Positions 19,501 to 29,818 of a stretch of DNA of 45,721 nt are shown piece by piece. How positions within the stretch are numbered: the first letter of the stretch is position 1; each line of letters starts with the position of its first letter. Both the position numbers and the translations under genes were made by a program. The notes beneath the pieces were generated by a model. The model saw nothing but the letters and a program-made list of their open reading frames with translations. It searched no databases and was not told the origin of the DNA. Location of the stretch: the sequence record SRR22947727_1424. The stretch is one strand, 5' to 3'.

Positions 19501-20409
19501 CTACTTTTGGACCTCAAGGCTTCGCTCTGCGCGACGGCGGGCGATAATTTCATCTTGCACAAAATCGCGAAAGGCCGCGATACGGCGCGAGTGGCGCAGC
19601 TCTTCTGGATAGGCAAGAAACACCGGGACTTCCGTGTTCTCAAGCTCGGGCAGGACACGCACGAGATCAGGAAAATCATGGGTGACGTAATCGGGTAAAA
19701 TTCCGATCCCAAGGTTGTTGATGACGCCTTGCAACACGCCGAAATAATTGTTGACGGTTAAAGTGGATTTTGGACTATATCCCATCAGATTTTGCACCAA
19801 GGCTGCACTGACGGCTACTTGAGGTGCGTTGGGATTTTGGCAAATCAAACGATGATTTGCGATATCATCTAAAGTTTGCGGCGTGCCGCGGGATTTCAGA
19901 TAGTCTGCGCTGGCATAGAGGCGCATTTCGACGCTCATAAGGCGCTTTCGAATCAAATCTGCTTGGCTCGGCTCTTTCATGCGGATGGCAACATCGGCTT
20001 CACGCATCGGCAGATCCAAGACCCGCTCCTCAAGCATCAGCTCTACATTCAAGTCGGGGTATTTTTCATAAAGCTGTGGCAAGCGGGGCGCCAGCCAGAG
20101 CGTGCCAAAACCGGTGGTTGTGGTGACGCGCAGCTCACCGAAGACTTCATCTTCACTGTCTCGAATGCGTGCTGATGCGGCATCAAGGCGTTTGGTCATC
20201 GCGCGGGTCGCTTCAAATAACAGCTCGCCTTGCTCCGTGAGTATCAACCCACGCGCGTGTCTATGAAACAATGTCGCATCGAGGGAGTCCTCCAATGCGC
20301 GGACCTGCCGCGAGACGGCCGATTGCGACAGATGCAGTGTCTCCCCCGCATGGGTCAGTGATCCGGCATCGGCAACCGCATGGAAGATTCGTAATTTATC
20401 CCAGTCCAC
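19501..20409 (-). CDS. LysR family regulator, VtlR/LsrB-like
   Basis: MDWDKLRIFHAVA.AGSLTHAGE.LHLSQSAVSRQ, LF.RHARGLILTEQGE, LDLPMREADVAIR. Confidence 0.93.
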   Translation of the reverse strand: MDWDKLRIFHAVADAGSLTHAGETLHLSQSAVSRQVRALEDSLDATLFHRHARGLILTEQGELLFEATRAMTKRLDAASARIRDSEDEVFGELRVTTTTGFGTLWLAPRLPQLYEKYPDLNVELMLEERVLDLPMREADVAIRMKEPSQADLIRKRLMSVEMRLYASADYLKSRGTPQTLDDIANHRLICQNPNAPQVAVSAALVQNLMGYSPKSTLTVNNYFGVLQGVINNLGIGILPDYVTHDFPDLVRVLPELENTEVPVFLAYPEELRHSRRIAAFRDFVQDEIIARRRAERSLEVQK

Positions 20410-20477
20410 CGGCTTACCTCATTGTCCGTTCCTGAGACTCATAACACGCAACTTGAGACTGGGTCACGGAGTTTTTC

Positions 20478-20508
20478 ATTGTTAGGTCATAGTTTTTGAC
20501 CTAACAAT
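20478..20508. promoter_or_regulatory. Perfect 12-bp inverted repeat (candidate operator) upstream of the oxidoreductase
   Basis: ATTGTTAGGTCA-N7-TGACCTAACAAT. Confidence 0.6.
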
Positions 20509-20537
20509 TATTCGTGCATACCGGGAGGCCGCAGACC

Positions 20538-23500
20538 ATGCAGCAAGATGTTTCACTCGCTGATAGATATGATTTGTCGAAAAAACAGGTTTTGTTAAAC
20601 GGCACGCAGGCCTTAGTGCGGATGATGTTGATGCAATCGGCGCGCGACCGAGTGGCGGGCCATAGGACAGCTGGCTATGTCACGGGCTATCGCGGATCTC
20701 CACTGGGCGCGGTGGATTTTCAGATGACCCGCGCGGCGGCAGAGCTTGAAAATGCGCAGGTGCGGTTTCAAGAAGGGCTGAATGAGGATTTGGCCGCAAC
20801 GGCGCTTTGGGGCAGCCAGCAGGCCGAGCTGCGCGGTGAGGGAAAATTTGAGGGCGTGTTTGGGCTTTGGTATGGCAAAGGGCCGGGCGTGGATCGCTCC
20901 GGCGATGTCTTTCGTCATGCGAATATGGCCGGCACCTCGCCCCTGGGCGGTGTTGTGGCGGCGCTTGGGGATGATCACACCGGCGAGAGCTCGACCACAT
21001 TGCACCAATCGGAATGGACGATGATCGACAGCTTCATGCCGGTGCTGTCTCCTGCCGGCGTCCAAGAGGTTATGGATTACGGGCTCTTCGGCTTTGCCCT
21101 GTCGCGCTTTGCTGGGGTTTGGGCCGGGCTGAAATGCATCAAAGACACGATAGAAGTGACCTCTGTGGTGAACGGCGATCCTCTGCGGTTGGACTTTGTC
21201 ACCCCAGAGTTCGACATGCCCGAAGGGGGCTTGAATATCCGCCTCATCGACACGCCGCAGGCCCAAGAGGCGCGGGTCATTGATCACAAGCGCAGAGCCG
21301 TGCAGGCCTTTGCACGCGCCAATCGGATGGATAAGCGCGTTTTGGGACAGGCTGGCGCAAAAATTGGCTTTGTCGCGGCGGGCAAAAATTGGCTGGATTT
21401 GGCCCATGCCATGCAGGTGCTCGGCATGGATCAGGGGGCGGCGGTGCGCCATGGGGTGACAACCTACAAAGTCGCCATGACGTGGCCACTTGATATGCAG
21501 TCTTTTGCCGAATGGGCCGAAGGTTTGGACTGCATCGTTGTTGTTGAAGAGAAACGCAAACTGATTGAGGGACAAATCAAAGAAGCTCTTTTCAATCAAA
21601 AAGGCAGCTGGCGGGTTTTTGGGTCCAAAGATGCCCAAGGCGCATTGCTCTTTGCCGATAGCTATGCGCTCGATCCAATGGTCATTGCGCAAAAACTCGG
21701 TCAAATTTTGATGGCTGAGGGCTGCGGATCGGCGCGGCTTAAAGGCGCGTTGGAGAGAATTGATGCGGCGCAAACCGCAAACAACGCGCCCACATTGGCC
21801 AGCCGCGTGCCGTATTTCTGCTCTGGGTGCCCCCACAGCAGCTCCACGAAAATTCCCGAGGGCAGCCGCGCCTATTCTGGCATTGGCTGTCATTACATGG
21901 TGCAATGGATGGATCGGGAGACCTTGGGTTTCACGCAAATGGGCGGTGAGGGGGCCAATTGGATTGGCGAGTCGTTGTTCTCTACCCGCGCGCATGTGTT
22001 CCAGAATATAGGCGATGGCACCTATAATCACTCTGGCATTCAAGCCATTCGCGCGGCGCTCGCCGCTGGCACGACCATGACCTATAAAATTCTGTTTAAT
22101 GATGCCGTGGCGATGACAGGCGGGCAAAACAATGATGGGGGGTTGGATGCTGCGCGGATCGTGCAAGAGATGCGCGGGATCGGTGTGAAACATCTTGCCG
22201 TGGTTTATGATGAAAAGGAAGATATCTCTGCGGCTGATTTTCCGGCTGGCACTCAGATGCACCCGCGCGCCCAGCTCAATACGGTGCAAGAGGCATTTCG
22301 GCAATTGCCGGGCGTCTCTGTCATTGTCTATGTGCAGACCTGCGCGGCGGAAAAACGCCGCCGCCGTAAAAGAGGGGCCTTCCCCGATCCAGATCAGCGC
22401 CTATTTATCAATCCAGATGTTTGCGAAGGCTGCGGCGATTGCGGGGTGCAATCCAACTGCGTCTCGTTGCTGCCGCTCGAGACGCCTTTGGGGCGCAAAA
22501 GGCAAATCGATCAGTCCAGCTGCAATAAAGATTTCAGCTGCGTAAACGGGTTTTGCCCCTCTTTTGCCACTGTGCGCGGCGGGCAGCTGCGGCGTCCGGC
22601 AGCGCAGCAGCTGTCCATTCCGGAGTTGCCCGCCCCGCCGCCCTGCACGCTGCAAGGAACACATAACGTTGTGGTCACGGGCGTGGGGGGAACCGGGGTG
22701 GTGACCATTGGGGCGCTTCTGGCCATGGCGGCGCATTTAGATGGTAAGGCTGCCGGGGTCATGGAAATGGCCGGTCTGGCCCAAAAGGGCGGCGCGGTGC
22801 ATATTCATTGCCGCATCGGTGAGACGCCAGAAGATATTTCCGCCATTCGTGTGGCTTTGGGCGAATGCGATGCGCTGATTGGCGGTGACCTTGTGGTCTC
22901 GGCCCAGGGCAGCACTTTGGGTCTCATGGCGCCCACAGGCGGCGCTGTGGTCAATCGTCACGAAATCATAACTGGGGAATTCACCCGCGACACCGCTTTC
23001 GCAATCCCGGGCGCTGATTTGCACCTGGCACTTACCGCAAGGTTGCAGGAGCGCGCGCGGCTGCTCAATGCAACCCGTTTGGCCGAAACGGCTTTGGGAG
23101 ACACGGTCTATGCCAATATGATCTTGCTTGGCGCCGCCTATCAGCAAGGATTGCTGCCACTCACCCAAGAGGCCTTGCTTGAGGCCATTGCGTTGAATGG
23201 GGCGAAAGTGACGCAGAATCAGCAGGCCTTTGCTCTGGGACGTTGGGCCATGGTCGATGCGGATTTGGACAGCAAATTTGAGCGCATAGAAGCCCCGGTT
23301 CAGGATCCCGAAGCGGCCCGTGTCGCCGAATTGCGCGCTTATGGTTCAGGTCGCTTGGCGCGCTATGAGGCCATGCGAAGCACACTACAGGGGATGGAGC
23401 CAGACTTGCGCGAGACAGCCCTGCAGTCCTATCACAAGCTTCTGTGCTACAAGGATGAATATGAAGTTGCGCGCCTGCTTCAGGCGACCAAGACACAGGT

Positions 23501-23921
23501 TGCAGAGCGGTTTGAGGGCGATTATGAAATTTCATATCACCTCGCGCCACCGCTTTTGGCAAAAAAAGGCCCGGATGGTCGGCCGCAAAAGCGCAGCTTT
23601 GGGGCTTGGTTTGACTTTGTAAGTCAAGGGTTGGCGCGTCTGAGATTTTTGCGCGAAACCCCATTAGATCCTTTCGGATATAGCGCAGAGCGACGCATGG
23701 AGCGGCAATTGATTAAGGATTTCGAGAGCTTGGTGGCGCGGATGCTGCACGCGTATGAACCGGCGCAGCTCGGACTGTGGCGCGAGCTTTTGAGTTTGCC
23801 GCTCAATATCCGCGGCTTTGGTCCGGTCAAACTGGCCAATGCGCAGGCCATGCAGAAGCGCCGGGCGGAGTTGCTGGCTCAGCTGACATCGCGCCCGGAC
23901 ACTGAGCGCTCCGCCGCCTAA
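20538..23921 (+). CDS. Fused indolepyruvate:ferredoxin oxidoreductase family protein (IorA-IorB)
   Basis: [34 protein letters not shown] motif, CEGCGDC ferredoxin motif, [34 protein letters not shown]. Confidence 0.95.
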   Translation: MQQDVSLADRYDLSKKQVLLNGTQALVRMMLMQSARDRVAGHRTAGYVTGYRGSPLGAVDFQMTRAAAELENAQVRFQEGLNEDLAATALWGSQQAELRGEGKFEGVFGLWYGKGPGVDRSGDVFRHANMAGTSPLGGVVAALGDDHTGESSTTLHQSEWTMIDSFMPVLSPAGVQEVMDYGLFGFALSRFAGVWAGLKCIKDTIEVTSVVNGDPLRLDFVTPEFDMPEGGLNIRLIDTPQAQEARVIDHKRRAVQAFARANRMDKRVLGQAGAKIGFVAAGKNWLDLAHAMQVLGMDQGAAVRHGVTTYKVAMTWPLDMQSFAEWAEGLDCIVVVEEKRKLIEGQIKEALFNQKGSWRVFGSKDAQGALLFADSYALDPMVIAQKLGQILMAEGCGSARLKGALERIDAAQTANNAPTLASRVPYFCSGCPHSSSTKIPEGSRAYSGIGCHYMVQWMDRETLGFTQMGGEGANWIGESLFSTRAHVFQNIGDGTYNHSGIQAIRAALAAGTTMTYKILFNDAVAMTGGQNNDGGLDAARIVQEMRGIGVKHLAVVYDEKEDISAADFPAGTQMHPRAQLNTVQEAFRQLPGVSVIVYVQTCAAEKRRRRKRGAFPDPDQRLFINPDVCEGCGDCGVQSNCVSLLPLETPLGRKRQIDQSSCNKDFSCVNGFCPSFATVRGGQLRRPAAQQLSIPELPAPPPCTLQGTHNVVVTGVGGTGVVTIGALLAMAAHLDGKAAGVMEMAGLAQKGGAVHIHCRIGETPEDISAIRVALGECDALIGGDLVVSAQGSTLGLMAPTGGAVVNRHEIITGEFTRDTAFAIPGADLHLALTARLQERARLLNATRLAETALGDTVYANMILLGAAYQQGLLPLTQEALLEAIALNGAKVTQNQQAFALGRWAMVDADLDSKFERIEAPVQDPEAARVAELRAYGSGRLARYEAMRSTLQGMEPDLRETALQSYHKLLCYKDEYEVARLLQATKTQVAERFEGDYEISYHLAPPLLAKKGPDGRPQKRSFGAWFDFVSQGLARLRFLRETPLDPFGYSAERRMERQLIKDFESLVARMLHAYEPAQLGLWRELLSLPLNIRGFGPVKLANAQAMQKRRAELLAQLTSRPDTERSAA

Positions 23922-24010
23922 GCTTGCGTTTTTCGGCACAGGAATGGTCAAGGCAGATGCCCTCAGCTATGATCGGGGCAGGGCATTGTGTGAGACACGG
24001 GAATTTAAGC

Positions 24011-24823
24011 ATGGCAATCGGAATTTTTGACAGCGGTCTGGGTGGGTTGACGGTTTATGACGCGATCCGCAAACAGATGCCTGATTTGGATACAGTCTAT
24101 CTTGGCGATCATGAGCACGCGCCCTATGGGGTGCGCGACGTGGATGATATTTACCGCTGCACCACCCAATCGGTGCAAATTCTCTTTGATCAGGGATGTG
24201 ACTTGGTGATTTTGGCGTGCAACACGGCCTCGGCCGCTGCATTGCGCCGGATTCAGGAGCATTGGTTGACGGAGGACAAACGGGTTCTGGGTGTCTTCGT
24301 GCCGATGATTGAAGCACTGACCGAGCGGCAATGGGGTGACAATTCTCCGCCCCGCCAGGTGGCCGTGGAGCATGTGGCGCTTTTTGCCACGCCGGCCACT
24401 GTGTCGAGCCGCGCCTTTCAGCGCGAACTGGCCTTTCGCGCCATAGGTGTTGATGTGGAAGCACAGGCCTGTGGCGGTGTGGTGGATGCAATTGAAGATG
24501 GGGATTTCATTCTGGCAGAGGCTTTGGTGCAAAGCCATGTGGACGCGCTGCACCGGAAGATGCCGCACCCGCAGGCGGCTATTTTAGGATGCACCCATTA
24601 CCCATTGATGCATGATGCGTTTCAAAAAGCGCTTGGGCCTGAGGTTAAGATTTTCTCACAGGCGGATTTGGTGGCGCAAAGCCTAGAAGATTATTTGCAG
24701 CGCCATCCAGATAAATTGGGCGCCGCAACCGACCGCAAATTTTTGACAACTGGGGACCCGGTTAAAGTGTCCCAACGCGCCACACAGTTTCTAAAACGCC
24801 CGATGCAGTTTGAAGCGGCCTAG
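24011..24823 (+). CDS. murI: Glutamate racemase
   Basis: [29 protein letters not shown]. Confidence 0.96.
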   Translation: MAIGIFDSGLGGLTVYDAIRKQMPDLDTVYLGDHEHAPYGVRDVDDIYRCTTQSVQILFDQGCDLVILACNTASAAALRRIQEHWLTEDKRVLGVFVPMIEALTERQWGDNSPPRQVAVEHVALFATPATVSSRAFQRELAFRAIGVDVEAQACGGVVDAIEDGDFILAEALVQSHVDALHRKMPHPQAAILGCTHYPLMHDAFQKALGPEVKIFSQADLVAQSLEDYLQRHPDKLGAATDRKFLTTGDPVKVSQRATQFLKRPMQFEAA

Positions 24824-24840
24824 GTGCGGCGCAAAGGTGG

Positions 24841-24869
24841 CTTGAAAAACGCCCGTATTCGTTCCATAT
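24841..24869 (+). promoter_or_regulatory. RpoH-like promoter upstream of argC-ccmE
   Basis: CTTGAA-N17-CCATAT. Confidence 0.5.
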
Positions 24870-24894
24870 CCGATGGGGAACGGAGGATTTCGCA

Positions 24895-25923
24895 ATGGCA
24901 CATCGGATTATCATTCTTGGCGCGAGCGGTTATACCGGTGCGGAGCTTGTTCGATTGATTGCATTGCATCCGCAGATGGAGATTGTGGCGCTCTCGGCGG
25001 ACCGGAAGGCCGGACTTGAGATGCGGGACGTTTTTCCACATCTGGCGCATTTGTCTTTACCGATTCTGAAAAAGATCGACGAGATTGACATGGCGGAGGC
25101 GGATTTGGTGTTTTGTGCTCTCCCGCATGCCACGTCACAGGCTGTGATCAATAAATTGCCTGATCATGTAAAAGTCGTGGATCTTTCGGCTGATTTTCGC
25201 ATCAATGACCCTGAAGTTTACAGCAAATGGTATGGCAAGCCCCATGATGCGCCTGATTTGCAAAAGATCGCGGTTTACGGGCTCACAGAATTTTATCGCG
25301 CCGAAATTTCTAAAGCGCGCTTGGTGGCGGGTACGGGATGTAATGCCGCAACGGGGCAGTTTGCATTGCGCCCATTGATCTCTGCCGGTGTGATTGATCT
25401 CGATCAGATTATTATCGACTTGAAAACGGGGGTGTCGGGCGCCGGGCGCTCGGCCACGGAAAATCTGCTGCATGCGGAGCTTTCCGAAGGGTTTCATGCC
25501 TATGCGGTCGGGGGGCAGCATCGGCATCTGGCAGAGTTTGATCAGGAATTTTCCGCATTGGCCGGCCGGCCGGTGACGGTCCAATTCACTCCGCATTTGA
25601 TGCCAGCCAACCGGGGTATTTTGGCGACAGTCTATGTCCAAGGCGCAGCGGATGCGATCTATAACGCCCTGGAGGCGGCCTATGCAGGCGAGCCTTTTGT
25701 GCAGCTACTGCCGATGGGCACCCATCCCAGCACGCGCCATATCCGGGGATCTAACTTTTGCCATATTGGCGTCGTTGAGGATCGGATCCCTGGCCGGGTG
25801 ATCGTCTTGGCAGCCTTGGACAATTTAACAAAAGGCTCCTCTGGGCAAGCGGTGCAAAATGCCAATCTCATGCTCGGCTGTGACGAGACAACCGCCCTGA
25901 TGATGCCACCGGTGTTTCCATAA
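24895..25923 (+). CDS. argC: N-acetyl-gamma-glutamyl-phosphate reductase
   Basis: [46 protein letters not shown]. Confidence 0.97.
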   Translation: MAHRIIILGASGYTGAELVRLIALHPQMEIVALSADRKAGLEMRDVFPHLAHLSLPILKKIDEIDMAEADLVFCALPHATSQAVINKLPDHVKVVDLSADFRINDPEVYSKWYGKPHDAPDLQKIAVYGLTEFYRAEISKARLVAGTGCNAATGQFALRPLISAGVIDLDQIIIDLKTGVSGAGRSATENLLHAELSEGFHAYAVGGQHRHLAEFDQEFSALAGRPVTVQFTPHLMPANRGILATVYVQGAADAIYNALEAAYAGEPFVQLLPMGTHPSTRHIRGSNFCHIGVVEDRIPGRVIVLAALDNLTKGSSGQAVQNANLMLGCDETTALMMPPVFP

Positions 25924-26375
25924 TGCGCGGGCTCAAAAAACAACGCCGCATTCAGGTGATTGCATTGGCGCTGGTCTGTTTGATTGGCGCGACCGGTTTG
26001 ATCGGATTTGCCCTGCGTGATGGGATAAACCTTTTTCGCTCTCCGACACAGGTGGTCGAGACCGCCCCAGCGCCTGGGGAAGTGTTCCGTCTGGGCGGTT
26101 TGGTCGCGCAAGGCAGTATTCGCCAAGGTGAGGGCGTGCATTTTTATTTCGACATCACTGATGGCGCCAATACTGTGGCGGTGAAATATGTCGGCACCGA
26201 CCTGCCGCCTGATCTCTTTGAGGAGGGGCAGGGCACCATCGCGACGGGGCGTTTTTCAGATGGGCTATTTGAGGCTACTGAAATTTTGGCCAAACACGAT
26301 GAAACCTATATGCCCAAAGAAGTGATCGACGCGCTCAAAGAGCAAGGCGTCTACCAAGGCGCAGAAGGCTCCTGA
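25923..26375 (+). CDS. ccmE: Cytochrome c maturation heme chaperone CcmE
   Basis: N-terminal TM, RLGGLV, PDLF.EGQG, LAKHDETY. Confidence 0.97.
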   Translation: MRGLKKQRRIQVIALALVCLIGATGLIGFALRDGINLFRSPTQVVETAPAPGEVFRLGGLVAQGSIRQGEGVHFYFDITDGANTVAVKYVGTDLPPDLFEEGQGTIATGRFSDGLFEATEILAKHDETYMPKEVIDALKEQGVYQGAEGS

Positions 26376-26447
26376 CCCAAAGCTGGCCGTGTGCGCTTGG
26401 CGCCTGGGGTTGTGACCATTTGCACCGGCAAATCGGAGCGGAGTTTC

Positions 26448-26475
26448 TTGCCAAGCGCGTTTGAGCCACTATACC
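26448..26475 (+). promoter_or_regulatory. Candidate promoter giving a leaderless ccmF mRNA
   Basis: TTGCCA-N16-TATACC; with T26470 as -12, +1 falls on the A of ATG 26482; no SD. Confidence 0.5.
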
Positions 26476-26481
26476 AAACCC

Positions 26482-28443
26482 ATGCTTAATGAACTTGCTC
26501 ATTTTAGTCTGAACATCGCGCTTGGTTTTGCGGTGCTTGGGACAATCATTCCGCTTCTGGGGGCCACATTGCGCCGCAGCAGCTGGATGCAGCTGGCGTC
26601 CGTTTTCGCCCTATTGCAATTTTTATTGGTCGCTTTTGCCTTTGGAGTGCTCACGCGCGCCTTTGTGACATCGGATTTCTCTTTGCGTTTGGTGGTGCTC
26701 AACTCCCATACACTCAAGCCGATGATCTATAAAATCGCTGGGGTTTGGGGCAATCATGAAGGCTCATTGCTGCTTTGGGTTTTGATCCTAACCTTTTTCG
26801 CCGCCTGCGCCGCTCTGTTCGGTCGGCGACTGCCGCAAAGCCTTTTGGCGCGGGTTTTGGGCGTGCAAAGCGCCATCACCACGGCCTTTCTGGCCTTTGT
26901 TTTGCTAACATCCAATCCCTTCACACGCGTGGCATTTCCGCCCTTTAATGGGCAGGGACTCAATCCCTTGCTGCAAGATCCCGGCTTGGCCTTTCACCCG
27001 CCGTTTTTGTATCTTGGCTATGTCGGCCTATCGATCACCTTCTCTTTTGCCATCGCCGCCTTGCTGGAAGGCAAAGTGGATTCGGCTTGGGGGCGCTGGG
27101 TGCGGCCTTGGACTTTGGCGGCTTGGATTTTTCTGACAATCGGAATCGGCCTGGGCAGCTGGTGGGCCTATTATGAGCTTGGTTGGGGCGGGTTCTGGTT
27201 TTGGGATCCTGTCGAAAACGCAAGTTTCATGCCGTGGTTGATTTCAGCAGCCTTGCTTCATTCGGCCATTGTGGTTGAGAAACGCGACGCGCTGAAAGCA
27301 TGGACGATCTTATTGGCAATCTTGGCCTTTGGCTTTTCACTGATCGGCACCTTTATCGTGCGCTCGGGCGTTCTGACCTCCGTACATGCCTTTGCCAACG
27401 ATCCTGAGCGCGGTGTGTTCATCTTGATGATTTTGGCCGTGTTTTTCGGTGGCGCATTATTGCTCTTTGCCCTGCGTGCCAAAGCTATGGACAGTAAGGG
27501 GGTCTTTGCGCCTGTCAGCCGTGAAAGCGCTTTGATTGCCAATAACTTGCTGCTGGCCATAAGCTGCTTTGTGGTTTTTGTTGGCACGGTTTGGCCTTTG
27601 GTGGCCGAATTATTGATGGATCGTAAACTCTCAGTTGGCCCGCCATTTTTTGATCTCGCCTTTACCCCCTTTATGGTGGCTTTGGCGGTGATATTGCCGA
27701 TCGGCTCGACCCTGCCATGGAAACGGGCGCGGCGGGCGCATATCACCCGGCTTTGGCCGGTGGCGCTGTTGTGTTTGGCCGGTGTTGGACTGGCTTGGGC
27801 CATGCAAACCGGGCGATCATTGATCGGTCCGGTTGGGCTTGGCCTTGGTGTTTGGCTGGTCATGGGCGTGGTGATTGAGCTTTATCAACGCTGCGGACGT
27901 GGCGCGGGGAAAATGCGCCGTTTGCTGCGGCTGCCTTTGGCCGATTGGGGCAAGGCAGTTGCCCATGCCGGGCTTGGCATCACCATCTTTGGCGTGGCTG
28001 GTATCACCGCATGGCAGGTGGAAGACATTCGCGTTCTTGAAATTGGCCAATCTGCTGAGGTTGCGGGCTTTACCATCACCTTGGAGGCCGTAGAGGATCG
28101 ACGGGGACCGAATTACCTCACCACAATGGCGGATGTGGCCTTGTCGCGGCAAGGCCAGCCGATCGCAATGCTGCATCCGGAGCGGCGCTATTATCCAGTG
28201 GCAGAGATGCCAACGACAGAAGCGGGCATTGATAGCGGGCTGTGGCGGGATATTTATGTGGTTGTGGGGGATGCGCAACCCGAGGGCGGCTATGCGGTGC
28301 GGAGTTTCATCAAACCCTTAGCCAATTGGATCTGGAGCGGGGCGATCATTATGGCTTTGGGAGGCTTTCTGAGCCTATTTGATCGGCGTTACCGGATGGC
28401 GCCCGGCGCTGCGCGTGAACCGGGCCCGGAGGCGGCACAATGA
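26482..28443 (+). CDS. ccmF: Cytochrome c heme lyase CcmF
   Basis: WGNHEGS, LNPLLQ..GL.FHPP, WAYYELGWGGFWFWDPVENAS (WWD domain), RSG.LTSVHAF. Confidence 0.97.
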   Translation: MLNELAHFSLNIALGFAVLGTIIPLLGATLRRSSWMQLASVFALLQFLLVAFAFGVLTRAFVTSDFSLRLVVLNSHTLKPMIYKIAGVWGNHEGSLLLWVLILTFFAACAALFGRRLPQSLLARVLGVQSAITTAFLAFVLLTSNPFTRVAFPPFNGQGLNPLLQDPGLAFHPPFLYLGYVGLSITFSFAIAALLEGKVDSAWGRWVRPWTLAAWIFLTIGIGLGSWWAYYELGWGGFWFWDPVENASFMPWLISAALLHSAIVVEKRDALKAWTILLAILAFGFSLIGTFIVRSGVLTSVHAFANDPERGVFILMILAVFFGGALLLFALRAKAMDSKGVFAPVSRESALIANNLLLAISCFVVFVGTVWPLVAELLMDRKLSVGPPFFDLAFTPFMVALAVILPIGSTLPWKRARRAHITRLWPVALLCLAGVGLAWAMQTGRSLIGPVGLGLGVWLVMGVVIELYQRCGRGAGKMRRLLRLPLADWGKAVAHAGLGITIFGVAGITAWQVEDIRVLEIGQSAEVAGFTITLEAVEDRRGPNYLTTMADVALSRQGQPIAMLHPERRYYPVAEMPTTEAGIDSGLWRDIYVVVGDAQPEGGYAVRSFIKPLANWIWSGAIIMALGGFLSLFDRRYRMAPGAAREPGPEAAQ

Positions 28444-28892
28444 GGCAGGTTTTTGTCCTATTATCCCTTCTTCTCTGGGCTGGAATCGCCTCGGCCGTGG
28501 AGCCCGATGAAGTTCTATCTGATCCGGTTTTGGAAAATCGAGCTCGGCTGATTTCTCAAGGGCTGCGCTGTTTGCAATGCCGCAATGAGAGCATCGATGA
28601 ATCTAACGCCGGTATTGCCCGAGACCTCAGGTTATTGGTTCGAGCCCGCCTGCTCGAAGGTGACAGCGACACAGAGGTCATGGATTATGTTGTTGCACGA
28701 TATGGGGAATATGTTTTGCTACGGCCCAATGGATTGGGTATAAATTTGGTGCTGTGGTTGGCGGGGCCGGCGTTGTTTTTGGTCTCACTTGCGGGGCTGA
28801 TTGCCGTGCAGCGGCGCAGCAAACGCAAAGACTCCATAGACCAGTTGACCGAAGACGAAGAAAGAGAAATTGAAAAACTCCTCTCATCTTGA
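28440..28892 (+). CDS. ccmH: Cytochrome c biogenesis protein CcmH/CycL
   Basis: Signal peptide, LRCLQC.NE.I..SNA..A.DLR, RYGEYVL.RP, C-terminal TM. Confidence 0.95.
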   Translation: MRQVFVLLSLLLWAGIASAVEPDEVLSDPVLENRARLISQGLRCLQCRNESIDESNAGIARDLRLLVRARLLEGDSDTEVMDYVVARYGEYVLLRPNGLGINLVLWLAGPALFLVSLAGLIAVQRRSKRKDSIDQLTEDEEREIEKLLSS

Positions 28893-28933
28893 GTGGGACA
28901 GGGCGCGGAACGCCGCAAGCACAGGATTTTATT

Positions 28934-29710
28934 ATGATTTATGAGACACTCACCTACGCTGTAGACCACAATGTTGCCGTGATCACGCTTAATCGCCCCA
29001 CGGTGATGAATGCGCTCAATTCGCAGATGCGCGCTGAAATCACGGATGCTGTGGGCCAGGCCGGTCAGGCGGCGCGGGTGGTGGTGCTAACCGGCTCAGG
29101 CCGGGCGTTTTGTTCGGGGCAGGATTTGGGCGCGGAGGGAAATTTTGCGGATATCGATCTCGAGCGCACGTTGAAAGATGAATATGTGCCAATGCTCAAA
29201 GCCATTACGGAATGCCCGGTTCCGACGATTTCTGCCGTCAATGGTCCAGCCGCGGGGGCTGGGGCGAATTTGGCGCTCGCAGCGGACGTGGTGATTGCAG
29301 CTGAATCTGCTTATTTTGTGCAGGCCTTCACCCGTATTGGTCTTATACCCGACGCGGGCGGCACCTATCTTTTGCCGCGGCAAATGGGTCTGGCTAAGGC
29401 CATGGGTGCGGCGCTTTTTGCTGATAAAATTTATGCGCGGCAGGCCAGTGAGATGGGCATGATCTGGGAGAGCGTCGCTGATGAGAAATTTGAGACCCAA
29501 TGGCAGGCCCGAGCCGCGCATTTGGCCTCGGGTCCGACAGAAACATACGGCCATGTAAAAACGGCCATTCGCCAGAGTCTTTCCAATTCCGAAGAAGACC
29601 AGCTTGAGCTGGAAGCGCGCTTGCAAGGCGCCTGTGGCCGCACCCGTGATTTCAAAGAGGGGGTGACAGCCTTTCTGGACAAGCGCACTGCCAAGTTTGA
29701 AGGTCGGTGA
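28934..29710 (+). CDS. Enoyl-CoA hydratase/isomerase, PaaG-like
   Basis: AFCSGQDL, AAGAGANLALA.D, GLIPDAGGT, DFKEGV.AFL.KR. Confidence 0.9.
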   Translation: MIYETLTYAVDHNVAVITLNRPTVMNALNSQMRAEITDAVGQAGQAARVVVLTGSGRAFCSGQDLGAEGNFADIDLERTLKDEYVPMLKAITECPVPTISAVNGPAAGAGANLALAADVVIAAESAYFVQAFTRIGLIPDAGGTYLLPRQMGLAKAMGAALFADKIYARQASEMGMIWESVADEKFETQWQARAAHLASGPTETYGHVKTAIRQSLSNSEEDQLELEARLQGACGRTRDFKEGVTAFLDKRTAKFEGR

Positions 29711-29760
29711 CGTGGCTTGAGTTAAAGAATGCTCCTAGATACCGGAGCCTTTGATTAAAT

Positions 29761-29804
29761 CCCCTATTCCCGGGCGCAAGAGCGGCGCATTGCAGGAATA
29801 GGGG
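29761..29804. terminator. Hairpin between the convergent crotonase and gltA genes
   Basis: CCCCTATTCC (29761-29770) / GGAATAGGGG (29795-29804); long loop, weak U-tracts. Confidence 0.45.
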
Positions 29805-29818
29805 GAAGGAATTTTGCT

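Noticed and set aside
20613..22304. 563-aa minus-strand ORF
   Set aside because: Lies wholly antisense to the oxidoreductase; typical GC-rich shadow frame with no recognisable domain
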